DNA of 63,980 nt, counting the filler, from Acidimicrobiia bacterium (lineage in GTDB: Bacteria > Actinomycetota > Acidimicrobiia > Spongiisociales > SHLN01): the NCBI GenBank assembly GCA_041619515.1. It is 3 parts of 3 records of this genome, joined end to end, with 100 filler letters (N's around TTAATTAATTAA, not from the genome) between each part and the next. Parts side by side here need not be neighbours in the genome. Positions count along the whole stretch, not along the records: positions 29,188 to 57,446 come from JBFKDW010000036.1; 2 more parts are not named here. The stretch is one strand, 5' to 3'. A program made the position numbers and the translations under genes. The notes under the pieces are model-generated. The model searched no databases. It was not told the DNA's origin and saw only the letters and a list, made by a program, of their open reading frames with translations. Below, in pieces: positions 38,787-47,377 of this stretch (the first letter of the stretch is position 1; every line of letters begins with the position of its first letter).

Positions 38787-39493
38787 TCGACGACGTCGAC
38801 GACGGCCACGGTGATGTTGTCTTCCCCGCCCGCCCGGTTCGCTGCCTCGATGAGAGCCCACCCGGCGGCCTGGGCTGCCGGCTGGGTGCCGAGTATGGCG
38901 GCGATCTCGTCATCGGGGACCATGGAGGTCAACCCGTCGGAACAGAGGAGCACTCGATCGCCGGTTCGCAGATTGACGGTGTGGGCGTCGACGGTGATGT
39001 CCCACCCGATACCGAGTGCGCGGGTGATGACGTTGCGCTGAGGATGTTGCTCGGCCTCCTCGGGGGAGATCGCCCCGGAGGCCAGATACTCGGCCACGAG
39101 AGAATGGTCGGTCGTGACCTGGAGAAGGTTGGCGCCCCGGAACAGATAGAGGCGGCTGTCACCGACGTGGCCCACCGAGAGGGTCCCGGCCGGCCCGAAC
39201 TCGCCGGCGGTGAGGGTCGAGCCCATCCCGTGCTGGTCGGAGCGCTTGTCGGCGGCCTTCATCACCTCGAGGTTGGCGAGACCGACGCGTTCCTGGACCG
39301 GTGCGTCGGAGGCGGCGATCGTTTCGATGGCGACCCGACTGGCAACCTCACCGGCGGCGTGGCCACCCATTCCGTCCGCCACCGCCACCAGGATCGGCCC
39401 CGGGCCGCTGCCGTCGGAATCGGGGTACACCGCGTCCTCGTTGCTGTCACGGACGAGGCCCGGATGTGTCGAGGTTGCCCAGGAGTACTTCAT
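38783..39493 (-). CDS. pstP: PP2C-type Ser/Thr phosphatase
   Basis: RDSNED, VADGMGGH, HVGDSR, LCSDGL, GGEDNIT. Confidence 0.93.
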   Translation of the reverse strand: MKYSWATSTHPGLVRDSNEDAVYPDSDGSGPGPILVAVADGMGGHAAGEVASRVAIETIAASDAPVQERVGLANLEVMKAADKRSDQHGMGSTLTAGEFGPAGTLSVGHVGDSRLYLFRGANLLQVTTDHSLVAEYLASGAISPEEAEQHPQRNVITRALGIGWDITVDAHTVNLRTGDRVLLCSDGLTSMVPDDEIAAILGTQPAAQAAGWALIEAANRAGGEDNITVAVVDVVE

Positions 39494-39909
39494 TTCACTT
39501 CCATGATGGTCTTGCCGACCTGCACTGAATCGCCGGCGTTGAGGACAATCGGACTGGTTATCCGCCGTCCGTTCACGTAGGTGCCGTTGGTCGTTCCCAG
39601 ATCGGCCAGTGACATCGTGCCGCCGTCCATGGTAAGGCGCAAGTGGAACATCGAGGCATAGGGATCGTCGAGCAGGACGTCGGCGTCGGGGCTCCGGCCC
39701 AGAACGATGGAGTCGGTCACCGTGATCGTCGCACCCACCCCGGTATCGGATCGCACGACCGTGAGCTGGCCCGCCTGTCGCCTTCGGTCCGGGGCCGACC
39801 GGATGTCCGCTCCCAGATGGCTGCCGATCGAGCGGGCCATCTGCCAGAGGAACAGATAGAGGAGCCCGACGAAGGCGAGCTTGAGGAGGTTGGCGACGAG
39901 TGCCGTCAT
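39490..39909 (-). CDS. fhaB: FhaB-like membrane-anchored FHA protein
   Basis: N-terminal TM; LGRS, DPYASMFH, TTNGT. Confidence 0.88.
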   Translation of the reverse strand: MTALVANLLKLAFVGLLYLFLWQMARSIGSHLGADIRSAPDRRRQAGQLTVVRSDTGVGATITVTDSIVLGRSPDADVLLDDPYASMFHLRLTMDGGTMSLADLGTTNGTYVNGRRITSPIVLNAGDSVQVGKTIMEVK

Positions 39910-39925
39910 GGGGTACCCAGGAGCA

Positions 39926-40579
39926 CTAGAGCGGCCGGAAACTGAACCGCACCGTGCCGAACCCGACCAGGTCGCCGGTATGCACGGAGGTGGGCCCGGG
40001 CAGCGGCCGTCCGTTGATGGTGGTTCCGTTGCTGGAGGCCAGGTCCTGGATCCACACTCCTCCTGCGTCAAACCAGAGGAGGGCGTGGGAGCGTGAGACG
40101 GTGTCGTCACCCAGCATGACGTCGGCCCGGCGGGATCTGCCAACCAGCGAACGGTTCTTGGTCACGGGGAGGCGGCGGGAACCGTGAGCCTCGATGAGCT
40201 GGGCCCACGGTTCGAGCGCGCCCGGGCGGATTTCAGCGTCGACCGAGATGGCACCGGCTGCCACATCTGGACGAGCCGTCAGCGTCACCGCCGCCGGGCC
40301 CTCCAGGCGCCAGCCGCGCTCGGCGGCGGCTTCCTCGATCACGCGGCACAGACGGGGCACGATCTCGCCGGCGTCCTCACCGAGGTCTGCAGGGTTCAGC
40401 GCCACCTCGAACGCATTCGGTGCGGTCGGTCCAACCCCGGTCTGGGTGAGGGACAGCTCGGCCTCCCGGACGATCCGGATCGCCACTTCGACGGGATGAA
40501 GCCGGCCGCGAAACACTTTGGTTCCGAAGCCCTCGACCAGGTTTTCGATGCGACGCTCGAGGCTTCGTGCCAGGCTCAT
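39926..40579 (-). CDS. fhaA: FhaA (DUF3662 plus FHA)
   Basis: ERRIENLVEG.F..F...LHPVE; GRS, VSRSHA, SSNGT. Confidence 0.88.
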   Translation of the reverse strand: MSLARSLERRIENLVEGFGTKVFRGRLHPVEVAIRIVREAELSLTQTGVGPTAPNAFEVALNPADLGEDAGEIVPRLCRVIEEAAAERGWRLEGPAAVTLTARPDVAAGAISVDAEIRPGALEPWAQLIEAHGSRRLPVTKNRSLVGRSRRADVMLGDDTVSRSHALLWFDAGGVWIQDLASSNGTTINGRPLPGPTSVHTGDLVGFGTVRFSFRPL

Positions 40580-40670
40580 CGGCACAGCTTAGATTTTCGG
40601 GCCTCGTAGGGAACGTCACCTCGCTCAGCCTTCCGCCCGGCGGTTTGCTACGATTCCGGTCCCCATTCCC

Positions 40671-40755
40671 GGGCGAGTGGCGGAATTTGGCAGACGCGCA
40701 GGCTTCAGGTGCCTGTGAGCTTCGGCTCGTGGGGGTTCAAGTCCCCCCTCGCCCA
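40671..40755 (+). tRNA. tRNA-Leu(CAG), CCA not encoded
   Basis: Acceptor GGGCGAG/CTCGCCC, TGG D-loop, anticodon arm GCAGGC-TTCAGGT-GCCTGT, long variable arm, GGTTCAAGTCC. Confidence 0.95.
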
Positions 40756-40768
40756 CGCTGTGTCATAC

Positions 40769-41749
40769 ATGTTCTCCCGGCCGCGGCGCCGCCGGCGCGG
40801 CCTGTGGCTCCTCGCCGCCGTCAGCGTCGCCGTGGTCGTGATAGTTCTCGTCACCAGCCTTCGCAGTGAGCGCCGTGTTCTGGCCGGCTACCTGGACACC
40901 GCCCGCCAGTCGGCGGCGGCGGCGGCGTCGTCCTCCACGGAGTTCCTCGAGATCACCGATCGGCTGGAGAGCATCGATCGCCAGGAGTTCATCACCGCCA
41001 TGGCCCGGATCCGCGCCACTGCGGGCGGCGCCGGCACCCTGATCGATTCGGCCGAGGTCCCCGGTGACGCCCTCGACGCCAACGCCCGACTGCAACTGGC
41101 GCACAGCACCTGGCTGGTCGGTCTGGAGCTGCTGGAGGGTGCCACCCTGGCGGCCGCCGACGATCCGTCGGACGAGATCGCGGCGGACGTGATCGGGCGG
41201 GCGGTGCTGGAACTATCGGTCGGCGACCGGGCATACGAGGCCGCCGTCGAGGCGCTGCTGGCCCTGGAGGCCGACACCAACATCGCCCGCGCCGGCTATC
41301 CCGTCGTCGTGTTCACCCCGGCGATGGGCGCTGCGGGCCTGGTCTCCGCCGCCCGGACCTCCACCGGGCTCGGCGTGCGGCGCGACCTGGCCATCTCGGC
41401 GGTGGGTTTCGAACCGCGCATGCTCAGTGAAACCAATGCCGGAATCGGTGTGCTGCCGTTCACCGACCGGTTGATCGTGAACGTCACCCTCACCAACCAG
41501 GGGAATCAGCCGGTGGCCGATATCCCGGTACAGATAGTGCTGTCGTCGGACCGGACCGGCACCGCTCGCACCGAGTCGCTCACCATCGAACGGCTCCAGC
41601 CGGCGGAGGCGACCTCGGTGGAGTTCGTGTTCGAAGTGCTGCCGGTGGTCAATTACGAGATCATCATCGACCTTGGTGGAGCCTCAGGGGAGACCGACCT
41701 CGACAACAACATCGTCATAGTGCCGTTCGTCGTGAACGAAGAGGGGTAG
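40769..41749 (+). CDS. Membrane-anchored protein with helical region and C-terminal CARDB/Ig-like domain
   Basis: N-terminal TM; DLAIS...VTLTNQGN...ETDLDNN. Confidence 0.7.
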   Translation: MFSRPRRRRRGLWLLAAVSVAVVVIVLVTSLRSERRVLAGYLDTARQSAAAAASSSTEFLEITDRLESIDRQEFITAMARIRATAGGAGTLIDSAEVPGDALDANARLQLAHSTWLVGLELLEGATLAAADDPSDEIAADVIGRAVLELSVGDRAYEAAVEALLALEADTNIARAGYPVVVFTPAMGAAGLVSAARTSTGLGVRRDLAISAVGFEPRMLSETNAGIGVLPFTDRLIVNVTLTNQGNQPVADIPVQIVLSSDRTGTARTESLTIERLQPAEATSVEFVFEVLPVVNYEIIIDLGGASGETDLDNNIVIVPFVVNEEG

Positions 41750-41779
41750 CCGCCGGGCCGCCTGCTCTACCATTCCGTG

Positions 41780-43033
41780 ATGCTCGACGTGAACGTCCTC
41801 CGCAGGGATCCCGACCTGATCGCGGCCACCCTGGCCCACCGGGGGATCGGCGGCATCGACCTCGAAGCCCTGGAGAGCCTCGATGTTCGGCGCCGGGAAG
41901 TGCGGGCCGAAGCCGAGGAGGCCAGGGCCCAGCAAAAGGAGCTGGGGGCTCAGGTTGCGCAGCTGGATGGTGCCGAGAAGGAGGCCGCGATTGCCCGGGG
42001 CGCCGAGATCGCAGCGTCGTACCGGGCCAAGCTGGCAGAGGCCGACGAGCTCGATGCCCAGTTCGAGGCGCGATGGGTGCCGCTTCCCAACCTGGTGCAT
42101 CAATCGGTGCCAAAGGGCGAATCCGACGAGGACAACGTCGAGATCAAGCGCTGGGGAGAGGCTCCGAGCTTCGAGTTCCCGGCCAAGGACCACCTGGAAC
42201 TGGCGAGCGAATCCGGAATCATCGACATGGAGCGGGCCGCCAAGATCTCCGGCTCCCGGTTCGGCCTTCTCACCGGCGCTGCCGTCCTCATGGAGTTCGC
42301 GCTGGTGCGCTGGGCGCTCGACCGGCTCGGTTCCGAGGGCTTCATTCCGGTGGTTCCCCCCGTCCTGGTCCGGGAGGAGGCGTTGTTCGGCACCGGCTTC
42401 TTTCCCGACGACGCCGAGCAGGTCTATGCGATTCCCGCCGACGACCTCTACCTGATCGGGACTTCCGAGGTAGCGCTGGCGTCGATGCATGGCGGGGAGA
42501 TCTTCCCGGTGGACCAGCTCCCGCGGCGGTACGTCGGCTTTTCGACCTGTTTCCGACGGGAGTCGGGGGCGGCGGGCCGTGACACGCGCGGTATCTTCCG
42601 CGTGCATCAGTTCGACAAGCTCGAGATGTTCAGCTTCACCCATCCCGACCGGTCCTGGGAGGAGCACGAGTATCTGTTCGGGCGGGAGGAAGCCCTCGTC
42701 CAGGAGCTGGGCATTCCGTACCGAGTGGTGAACGTGTGCTCGGGCGATCTCGGTGCGTCGGCCGCCAAGAAATACGACATCGAGGCGTGGTTCCCCGGAC
42801 AGGAACGGTACCGGGAGATCACCTCGTGCTCGAACACCACCGACTATCAGTCGCGGCGGCTCAAGATCCGGGTCAAGGACGAGACCGGCAACCGTCTCCT
42901 CCACACCCTCAACGGGACCGCAGTGGCGGTGCAGCGAACCCTGGTCGCCATCATGGAGAACTTCCAACAAGCCGACGGCACGGTGCGGGTTCCCGACGCC
43001 CTCGTCCCCTACACCGGGTTCGAGAGCTTCTGA
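41780..43033 (+). CDS. serS: Serine--tRNA ligase
   Basis: MLD...R, coiled-coil arm, LIGTSE, CFRRESG, RVHQFDKLE, EITSCSN, HTLNGT. Confidence 0.96.
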   Translation: MLDVNVLRRDPDLIAATLAHRGIGGIDLEALESLDVRRREVRAEAEEARAQQKELGAQVAQLDGAEKEAAIARGAEIAASYRAKLAEADELDAQFEARWVPLPNLVHQSVPKGESDEDNVEIKRWGEAPSFEFPAKDHLELASESGIIDMERAAKISGSRFGLLTGAAVLMEFALVRWALDRLGSEGFIPVVPPVLVREEALFGTGFFPDDAEQVYAIPADDLYLIGTSEVALASMHGGEIFPVDQLPRRYVGFSTCFRRESGAAGRDTRGIFRVHQFDKLEMFSFTHPDRSWEEHEYLFGREEALVQELGIPYRVVNVCSGDLGASAAKKYDIEAWFPGQERYREITSCSNTTDYQSRRLKIRVKDETGNRLLHTLNGTAVAVQRTLVAIMENFQQADGTVRVPDALVPYTGFESF

Positions 43034-43052
43034 GTCGCCGATGAGGATCCCC

Positions 43053-43298
43053 CTCCGGCCCTGCGGGCCACCTCCCCCTGCGGGGGAGGAGAGAGCGGTG
43101 TTTCTCTCCCCCCGGAGGGGGGAGGCCGGCGGAGCCGGGTGGGGGGCGGCCATGTGGGCTCGGTTGTGGGCGGCTCGGCCCCGTTGCACCTGCCGATGTT
43201 GGGGGAGACTCCCTCTCCGGCCCTGCCGGCCACCCCCCCTGCGGGGGAGGAGAGTGGTGTGTCTCCGGCCCTGCCGGCTACCTCCCCCTGCGGGGAGG
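43053..43298. repeat. REP-like palindromic repeat cluster (3 direct copies plus a related hairpin)
   Basis: CTCCGGCCCTGC(G/C)GGC(C/T)ACC(T/C)CCCCCTGCGGGG(G)AGG at 43053-43089, 43215-43250 and 43263-43298; related hairpin at about 43104-43146. Confidence 0.8.
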
Positions 43299-43302
43299 CA
43301 GG

Positions 43303-43944
43303 ATGAGTGAGGCGCCGGCGAGCGGTGCCGCCGTGTTCTCCGACATCGCCGATCGGTACGACCGGCTCAACACCATTCTGTCGTTCGGGCGCGACCGGGC
43401 CTGGCGGGAGCGAGCCGCCCGGCATCTCCCGGCCGGGCACCTGCTCGACCTGGGCGCCGGAACCGGGGCGGGCAACCCCGCCTTCGGTGAGCGCTGGATC
43501 ACCGCCGTCGACCCATCGCTTCCCATGCTGGAGCGCAACCCTGCGGGTCGCCGGGTGGCCGCCGTCGGTGAGCGGCTGCCGTTCGCCGATGGTGCTTTCG
43601 ACGGGGTCTTCTCGGCCTTCGTGTTCCGCAACCTCACGTCGGTTGCCGGCACCCTCTCGGAGATTCACCGGGTGCTACGCCCACAGGGAGCCGCCGTGGT
43701 CGTCGATCTCAGCCGGCCGGTTGGGAAGCTGCGTCGGGAGCTGCACCGGGCGGCTTCGGCGGTGTTCGTGCCGCTCGTCGGCCGGCTGGCGGGCGCTCCC
43801 GGCGAGTACCAGTACCTCGACCGGTCACTCGACAAACTGCCTCCTCCCGAGCAGCTGTATGCCGGGGGACCACTCATGCTGGAGCAGGTTTGGCGGATGG
43901 GGCCATTTGGGTTCGTCTACGGCGCTGTGCTACGCAAGGGTTGA
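43303..43944 (+). CDS. UbiE/MenG-like class I SAM methyltransferase
   Basis: FSDIADRYDRLNTILSFGRD, LDLGAGTG, LPF.DG.FD, EIHRVLRP, YQYL..S. Confidence 0.82.
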   Translation: MSEAPASGAAVFSDIADRYDRLNTILSFGRDRAWRERAARHLPAGHLLDLGAGTGAGNPAFGERWITAVDPSLPMLERNPAGRRVAAVGERLPFADGAFDGVFSAFVFRNLTSVAGTLSEIHRVLRPQGAAVVVDLSRPVGKLRRELHRAASAVFVPLVGRLAGAPGEYQYLDRSLDKLPPPEQLYAGGPLMLEQVWRMGPFGFVYGAVLRKG

Positions 43945-43972
43945 GGGCGGCACCCGATAACCTCGGGCCGCA

Positions 43973-44665
43973 ATGGCTCGGGTTCTCGTTCTCGTATTGG
44001 CGGCCGCGATGGCGGCGTCGGGATGCAGTGGTGGGAGCGCGGACGCCACCACCACCACCCTCCCGACCGCGGCGGAGATTCTGGCGGACGCTGCTATCAC
44101 GATGGAGGGAGTCGAATCCCTCCGGTATGAGATCGAGCTGTCGGGAGCCCCGGTCACCCTGCTCGGCGTCGAGCTCCGCAGCGCCCGTGGCCGGTACGCC
44201 GCCCCGGAATCGTCGCAGGCTGTTCTGGAAGCCGCCATCGGTGGCCTCGTCATCGAGCTGGGGACCATCGCCATCGGCGGGACCTCGTGGGTGACGAATC
44301 CGCTGACCGGCGACTGGGACGAGTACACGGGAAACCGCGCGTTCAATCCGGCCATCATGTTCGATCCCCAGCTGGGGTGGCGGCCGCTTCTCACCCAGGA
44401 CATCAGCGGAGCGCAGCTCATCGAGCTGGTCGAGGGTGACACCTATCTCGTGCGGGGGACGGCGGCGGGGGCCAGGGTCGAGATCCTCACGGCGGGGCTC
44501 GTCGAATCTCAACCGGTCGATCTGACGCTCGACATCGAGCGGGATACCGGCCTGGTCACCCGAATGGAGTTCACCACCCTCGGCGAGGCCGGCGAGACCA
44601 ACTGGCTGCTCCTCATCTCCGAGTTCGGAGCTCCGGTCTCGATCAGCCCACCCGAGGTGGGCTGA
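43973..44665 (+). CDS. LppX/LprAFG family lipoprotein
   Basis: Lipobox ASGC; EILADAA..M..VESL, FNPA.MFDP.LG, S.FG.PV.I.PP C-terminus. Confidence 0.75.
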   Translation: MARVLVLVLAAAMAASGCSGGSADATTTTLPTAAEILADAAITMEGVESLRYEIELSGAPVTLLGVELRSARGRYAAPESSQAVLEAAIGGLVIELGTIAIGGTSWVTNPLTGDWDEYTGNRAFNPAIMFDPQLGWRPLLTQDISGAQLIELVEGDTYLVRGTAAGARVEILTAGLVESQPVDLTLDIERDTGLVTRMEFTTLGEAGETNWLLLISEFGAPVSISPPEVG

Positions 44666-44668
44666 CGG

Positions 44669-46189
44669 GTGGCCCGCAGGCCATCGCCTGCGGCGGTGAT
44701 GGGGGCCATTGCCTTCGGCGTGTTCGTGGCGGCAGACGACCTGACGGTGGTCTCCACAATGCTGCGTCAAATCATCGGCGACCTCGAGATCCCGCTGCCG
44801 TCGGGCTTCGACGATGCCGCCTGGATCGTCAACTCCTACCTCATCGGATACGTGGCCGTCATGCCGTTCATGGGCCGGCTCAGCGACCTCGTCGGCAGGC
44901 GAAAGGTGTACGTCGGGGCGCTGGGGGTCTTCCTGGCCGGCTCGCTGTGGATTCCCTTCACCTCCTCGCTCGGCTGGTTCATCGTCGCCCGGGTTGTGAC
45001 GGCGCTCGGCGGCGGGGCGATGGTGCCGGTGGCGCTGGCGGTGATCGGCGACCTCTATCCCGAGCCGCGCCGGCCTCGGGCCTATGGCATCCTGGGTGCG
45101 GTCGACACCATCGGCTGGGTGTGGGGCCCGCTGTTCGGAGCCCTGCTGGTGCGCTTCCTCGACTGGCGCTGGCAGTTCTACCTCAATGTCCCGCTGGCGC
45201 TGGTGGGGATTGCGCTGGCGTGGTGGGCCCTGCAGGATCACGACCGCCCTACCGCCCGGGCCCCCATCGACTGGACGGGCGCCGCCGTTCTCACCGGCGC
45301 TCTCGTTGCCCTCAACATCGCGCTGCTCGATGCCAGCGAGATCTCCGTCGTCAGCGGCCTTTCGGAGCTGACCGGAGAGCGGTCGACGTCGACGACGTGG
45401 CTGTTCGGCGTGGCGGCGGCCGGATTCGTCTTGTTCTGGCGCCTGCAGCGACACCGTCGGGATCCCCTCATCGATCTCGGGCTGTTCCGTTCCCGCAACT
45501 TCGCCGCCGGCGTCGGGGTCAACTTTCTGGTGGGGGCGGTCCTCATCGTCGCCATGGTGGATGTGCCCCTGTTCGTCAACCTGGTGGTGGAGACCTCGCT
45601 GCAGGAGGCGGCGGTGATGAGCGGGTGGGTGTTGTCGGGGCTCACCGCCGCCATGGCCCTGACGTCCTACCTGGGCGGGCTGGCGACCGAGCGCACCTGG
45701 TACCGGCCGGTCATCGCCGCCGGCCTCGTGGTGACCGGCGTTGGATTCGCCGTGGTGGGCACTGCCTGGGATGCCGGGGTCGGCCCGTGGACAATGGGCT
45801 GGCAGCTGGTCATCCTCGGTGCCGGGTTTGGGCTGGTCACCGCCCCGACCAACGCTGCGGTGGTCGACGCCGCCCCCGCCCCCCAGCGGGGCACGGCGGC
45901 AGGGCTGGTGATCGTGTCGCGTCTCATGGGCCTGGCGGTGGGTCTCTCCGGCCTCACCGCCTGGACCCTGTTCCGGTTCGATCGCCTGCGGAGCGGGCTC
46001 GATCTGCCCGCCCTTGGTGACCCCGGCTACCAGGAGGCGCTCGAGCTGGCCCAGGCCGACATCACGGCCCGGGCCCTGACCGAGACGTTCCTCCTTGCCA
46101 CGGTCATCGTGGCGGTGGCCCTGGTGGTGGCGCTTACCTTCCGCAGGCGCCCGGAGCATCGACGAGCAAAGCGGCCGGAGCGGCCCTAG
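44669..46189 (+). CDS. 14-TM MFS transporter (Rv1410c/P55-like)
   Basis: DLTVV.T.L..II.DL.IP, WIVNSYLIGYVAVMPFMGRLSD, GGGAMVPVALA, W.FYLNVP. Confidence 0.82.
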   Translation: MARRPSPAAVMGAIAFGVFVAADDLTVVSTMLRQIIGDLEIPLPSGFDDAAWIVNSYLIGYVAVMPFMGRLSDLVGRRKVYVGALGVFLAGSLWIPFTSSLGWFIVARVVTALGGGAMVPVALAVIGDLYPEPRRPRAYGILGAVDTIGWVWGPLFGALLVRFLDWRWQFYLNVPLALVGIALAWWALQDHDRPTARAPIDWTGAAVLTGALVALNIALLDASEISVVSGLSELTGERSTSTTWLFGVAAAGFVLFWRLQRHRRDPLIDLGLFRSRNFAAGVGVNFLVGAVLIVAMVDVPLFVNLVVETSLQEAAVMSGWVLSGLTAAMALTSYLGGLATERTWYRPVIAAGLVVTGVGFAVVGTAWDAGVGPWTMGWQLVILGAGFGLVTAPTNAAVVDAAPAPQRGTAAGLVIVSRLMGLAVGLSGLTAWTLFRFDRLRSGLDLPALGDPGYQEALELAQADITARALTETFLLATVIVAVALVVALTFRRRPEHRRAKRPERP

Positions 46190-46638
46190 CGGTCTGACGC
46201 CCGCGCGCCCATCAAGATGACGGGCCCGGGACCGCGGGTGGCCAGCTCGTCGCCCGGATTGAACAGAGCGCATGCCCGCAGCGAGAGGCATCCGCAGCCG
46301 ATGCAGCCCTGCAAGTCGTCGCGCAGTGCCTGGAGATCGGCGATCTGCCGATCCAGCCGGGCTTGCCAACGCTTGGACAGGCGCGCCCAGTCACTCTTGT
46401 TCGGGGTGCGGCCGTCGGGAAGCGCACCGAGAGCTTCGGCAATCTCGCGCAGCGACAGGCCGAGGGTTTGGGCCGCCCGAATCACCGAGACCCGCCGCAG
46501 CGTCGCCCGGGCGTACCGTCGCTGGTTGCCGTCGGTTCGCCTGGAGGCGATGAGCCCCTTGCTCTCGTAGAAGCGGAGCGCCGACGTCGCCACTCCGGAG
46601 CGGGCCGCGAGCTCTCCGATCGTCAGCCAGTCGCTCAT
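46186..46638 (-). CDS. soxR: Redox-sensitive transcriptional activator SoxR
   Basis: LTIGELAARSGVATSALRFYE, GNQRRY, CIGCGCLSLRAC [2Fe-2S] motif. Confidence 0.96.
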   Translation of the reverse strand: MSDWLTIGELAARSGVATSALRFYESKGLIASRRTDGNQRRYARATLRRVSVIRAAQTLGLSLREIAEALGALPDGRTPNKSDWARLSKRWQARLDRQIADLQALRDDLQGCIGCGCLSLRACALFNPGDELATRGPGPVILMGARASDR

Positions 46639-46650
46639 AAAAAAACCCCC

Positions 46651-46681
46651 TTGACTTCAAGCCCACTTGAAGTTGTACGGT
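46651..46681 (+). promoter_or_regulatory. SoxR-dependent promoter with SoxR box
   Basis: TTGACT (46651-46656), 19-bp spacer, TACGGT (46676-46681); dyad ACTTCAAG-CCCA-CTTGAAGT (46654-46673) resembles E. coli CCTCAAGTTAACTTGAGG. Confidence 0.88.
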
Positions 46682-46687
46682 ACCAGC

Positions 46688-47377
46688 ATGACTACTCAAC
46701 TTGCCTACACCTACGAAGACCTGCCCGCTCTCATGACCCTGATGACGGGGGATGAGAAGCACTCCGAGAGCGCCACCTCGACCCTGGATGTCCTCTGGGT
46801 TCTCTACGACCGGGTGCTCCGCATCGATCCGGCCGATCCGGCTCACCCGGGGCGAGACCGCTTTCTGCTGTCGAAGGGACACGGCCCCGTCGCCTACTAC
46901 GCGATCCTGGCCGCCAAGGGCTTCATCCCGGTCGACGTTCTCGAAGGGTTCGCAGGGTACGACTCGCCGCTCGGGCACCACCCCGACCGCGCCCTCATCC
47001 CCGGCGTGGAGATCTCGAGTGGCTCGCTGGGCCACGGCCTGCCGCTGGCGGTCGGCCAGGCCATCGGTCTCGGCATCAAGGGCTCGCCCGCCCGGGTGTT
47101 CTGCCTGGTGGGGGACGCCGAGCTCGACGAGGGAAGCAATCACGAGGCGATCGCCTTCGCCGGCCGCTACGCCCTCGACCGGCTGACGGTGATTGTCATC
47201 GACAACCAGTCCGCCTCGCATGGCTGGCCGGGGGGAATCGCCAAGCGGTTCCAAGTGGAAGGCTGGTCGGCCGAGACCATCAACGGGCGGGATCACGCCG
47301 CCATCGAACGGGCGCTGGCTGCTCCACACCCGGAACGGCCCCATGTGGTCGTGGCCGCTGTGGGGGGGAAATACTGA
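46688..47377 (+). CDS. Transketolase-like ThDP-binding subunit (N-terminal half)
   Basis: RDRFLLSKGH, SGSLGHG, GDAELDEG...N ThDP motif. Confidence 0.88.
   Translation: MTTQLAYTYEDLPALMTLMTGDEKHSESATSTLDVLWVLYDRVLRIDPADPAHPGRDRFLLSKGHGPVAYYAILAAKGFIPVDVLEGFAGYDSPLGHHPDRALIPGVEISSGSLGHGLPLAVGQAIGLGIKGSPARVFCLVGDAELDEGSNHEAIAFAGRYALDRLTVIVIDNQSASHGWPGGIAKRFQVEGWSAETINGRDHAAIERALAAPHPERPHVVVAAVGGKY

Noticed and set aside
40671..41749. Genomic island integrated at tRNA-Leu
   Set aside because: No integrase and no duplicated tRNA 3' end seen; the flanking genes are housekeeping-like.
43053..43298. Possible CRISPR array (about 36-nt repeats)
   Set aside because: Only three degenerate copies with very unequal gaps (about 125 and 12 nt), no cas genes and no AT-rich leader; better explained as REP-like elements.
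43874..46369. Long antisense ORFs (831 aa here; also 11464-13641, 26491-28278, 35927-37543, 41684-43189, 54520-55965)
   Set aside because: Shadow ORFs opposite well-supported genes, expected in high-GC DNA; no recognisable motifs.
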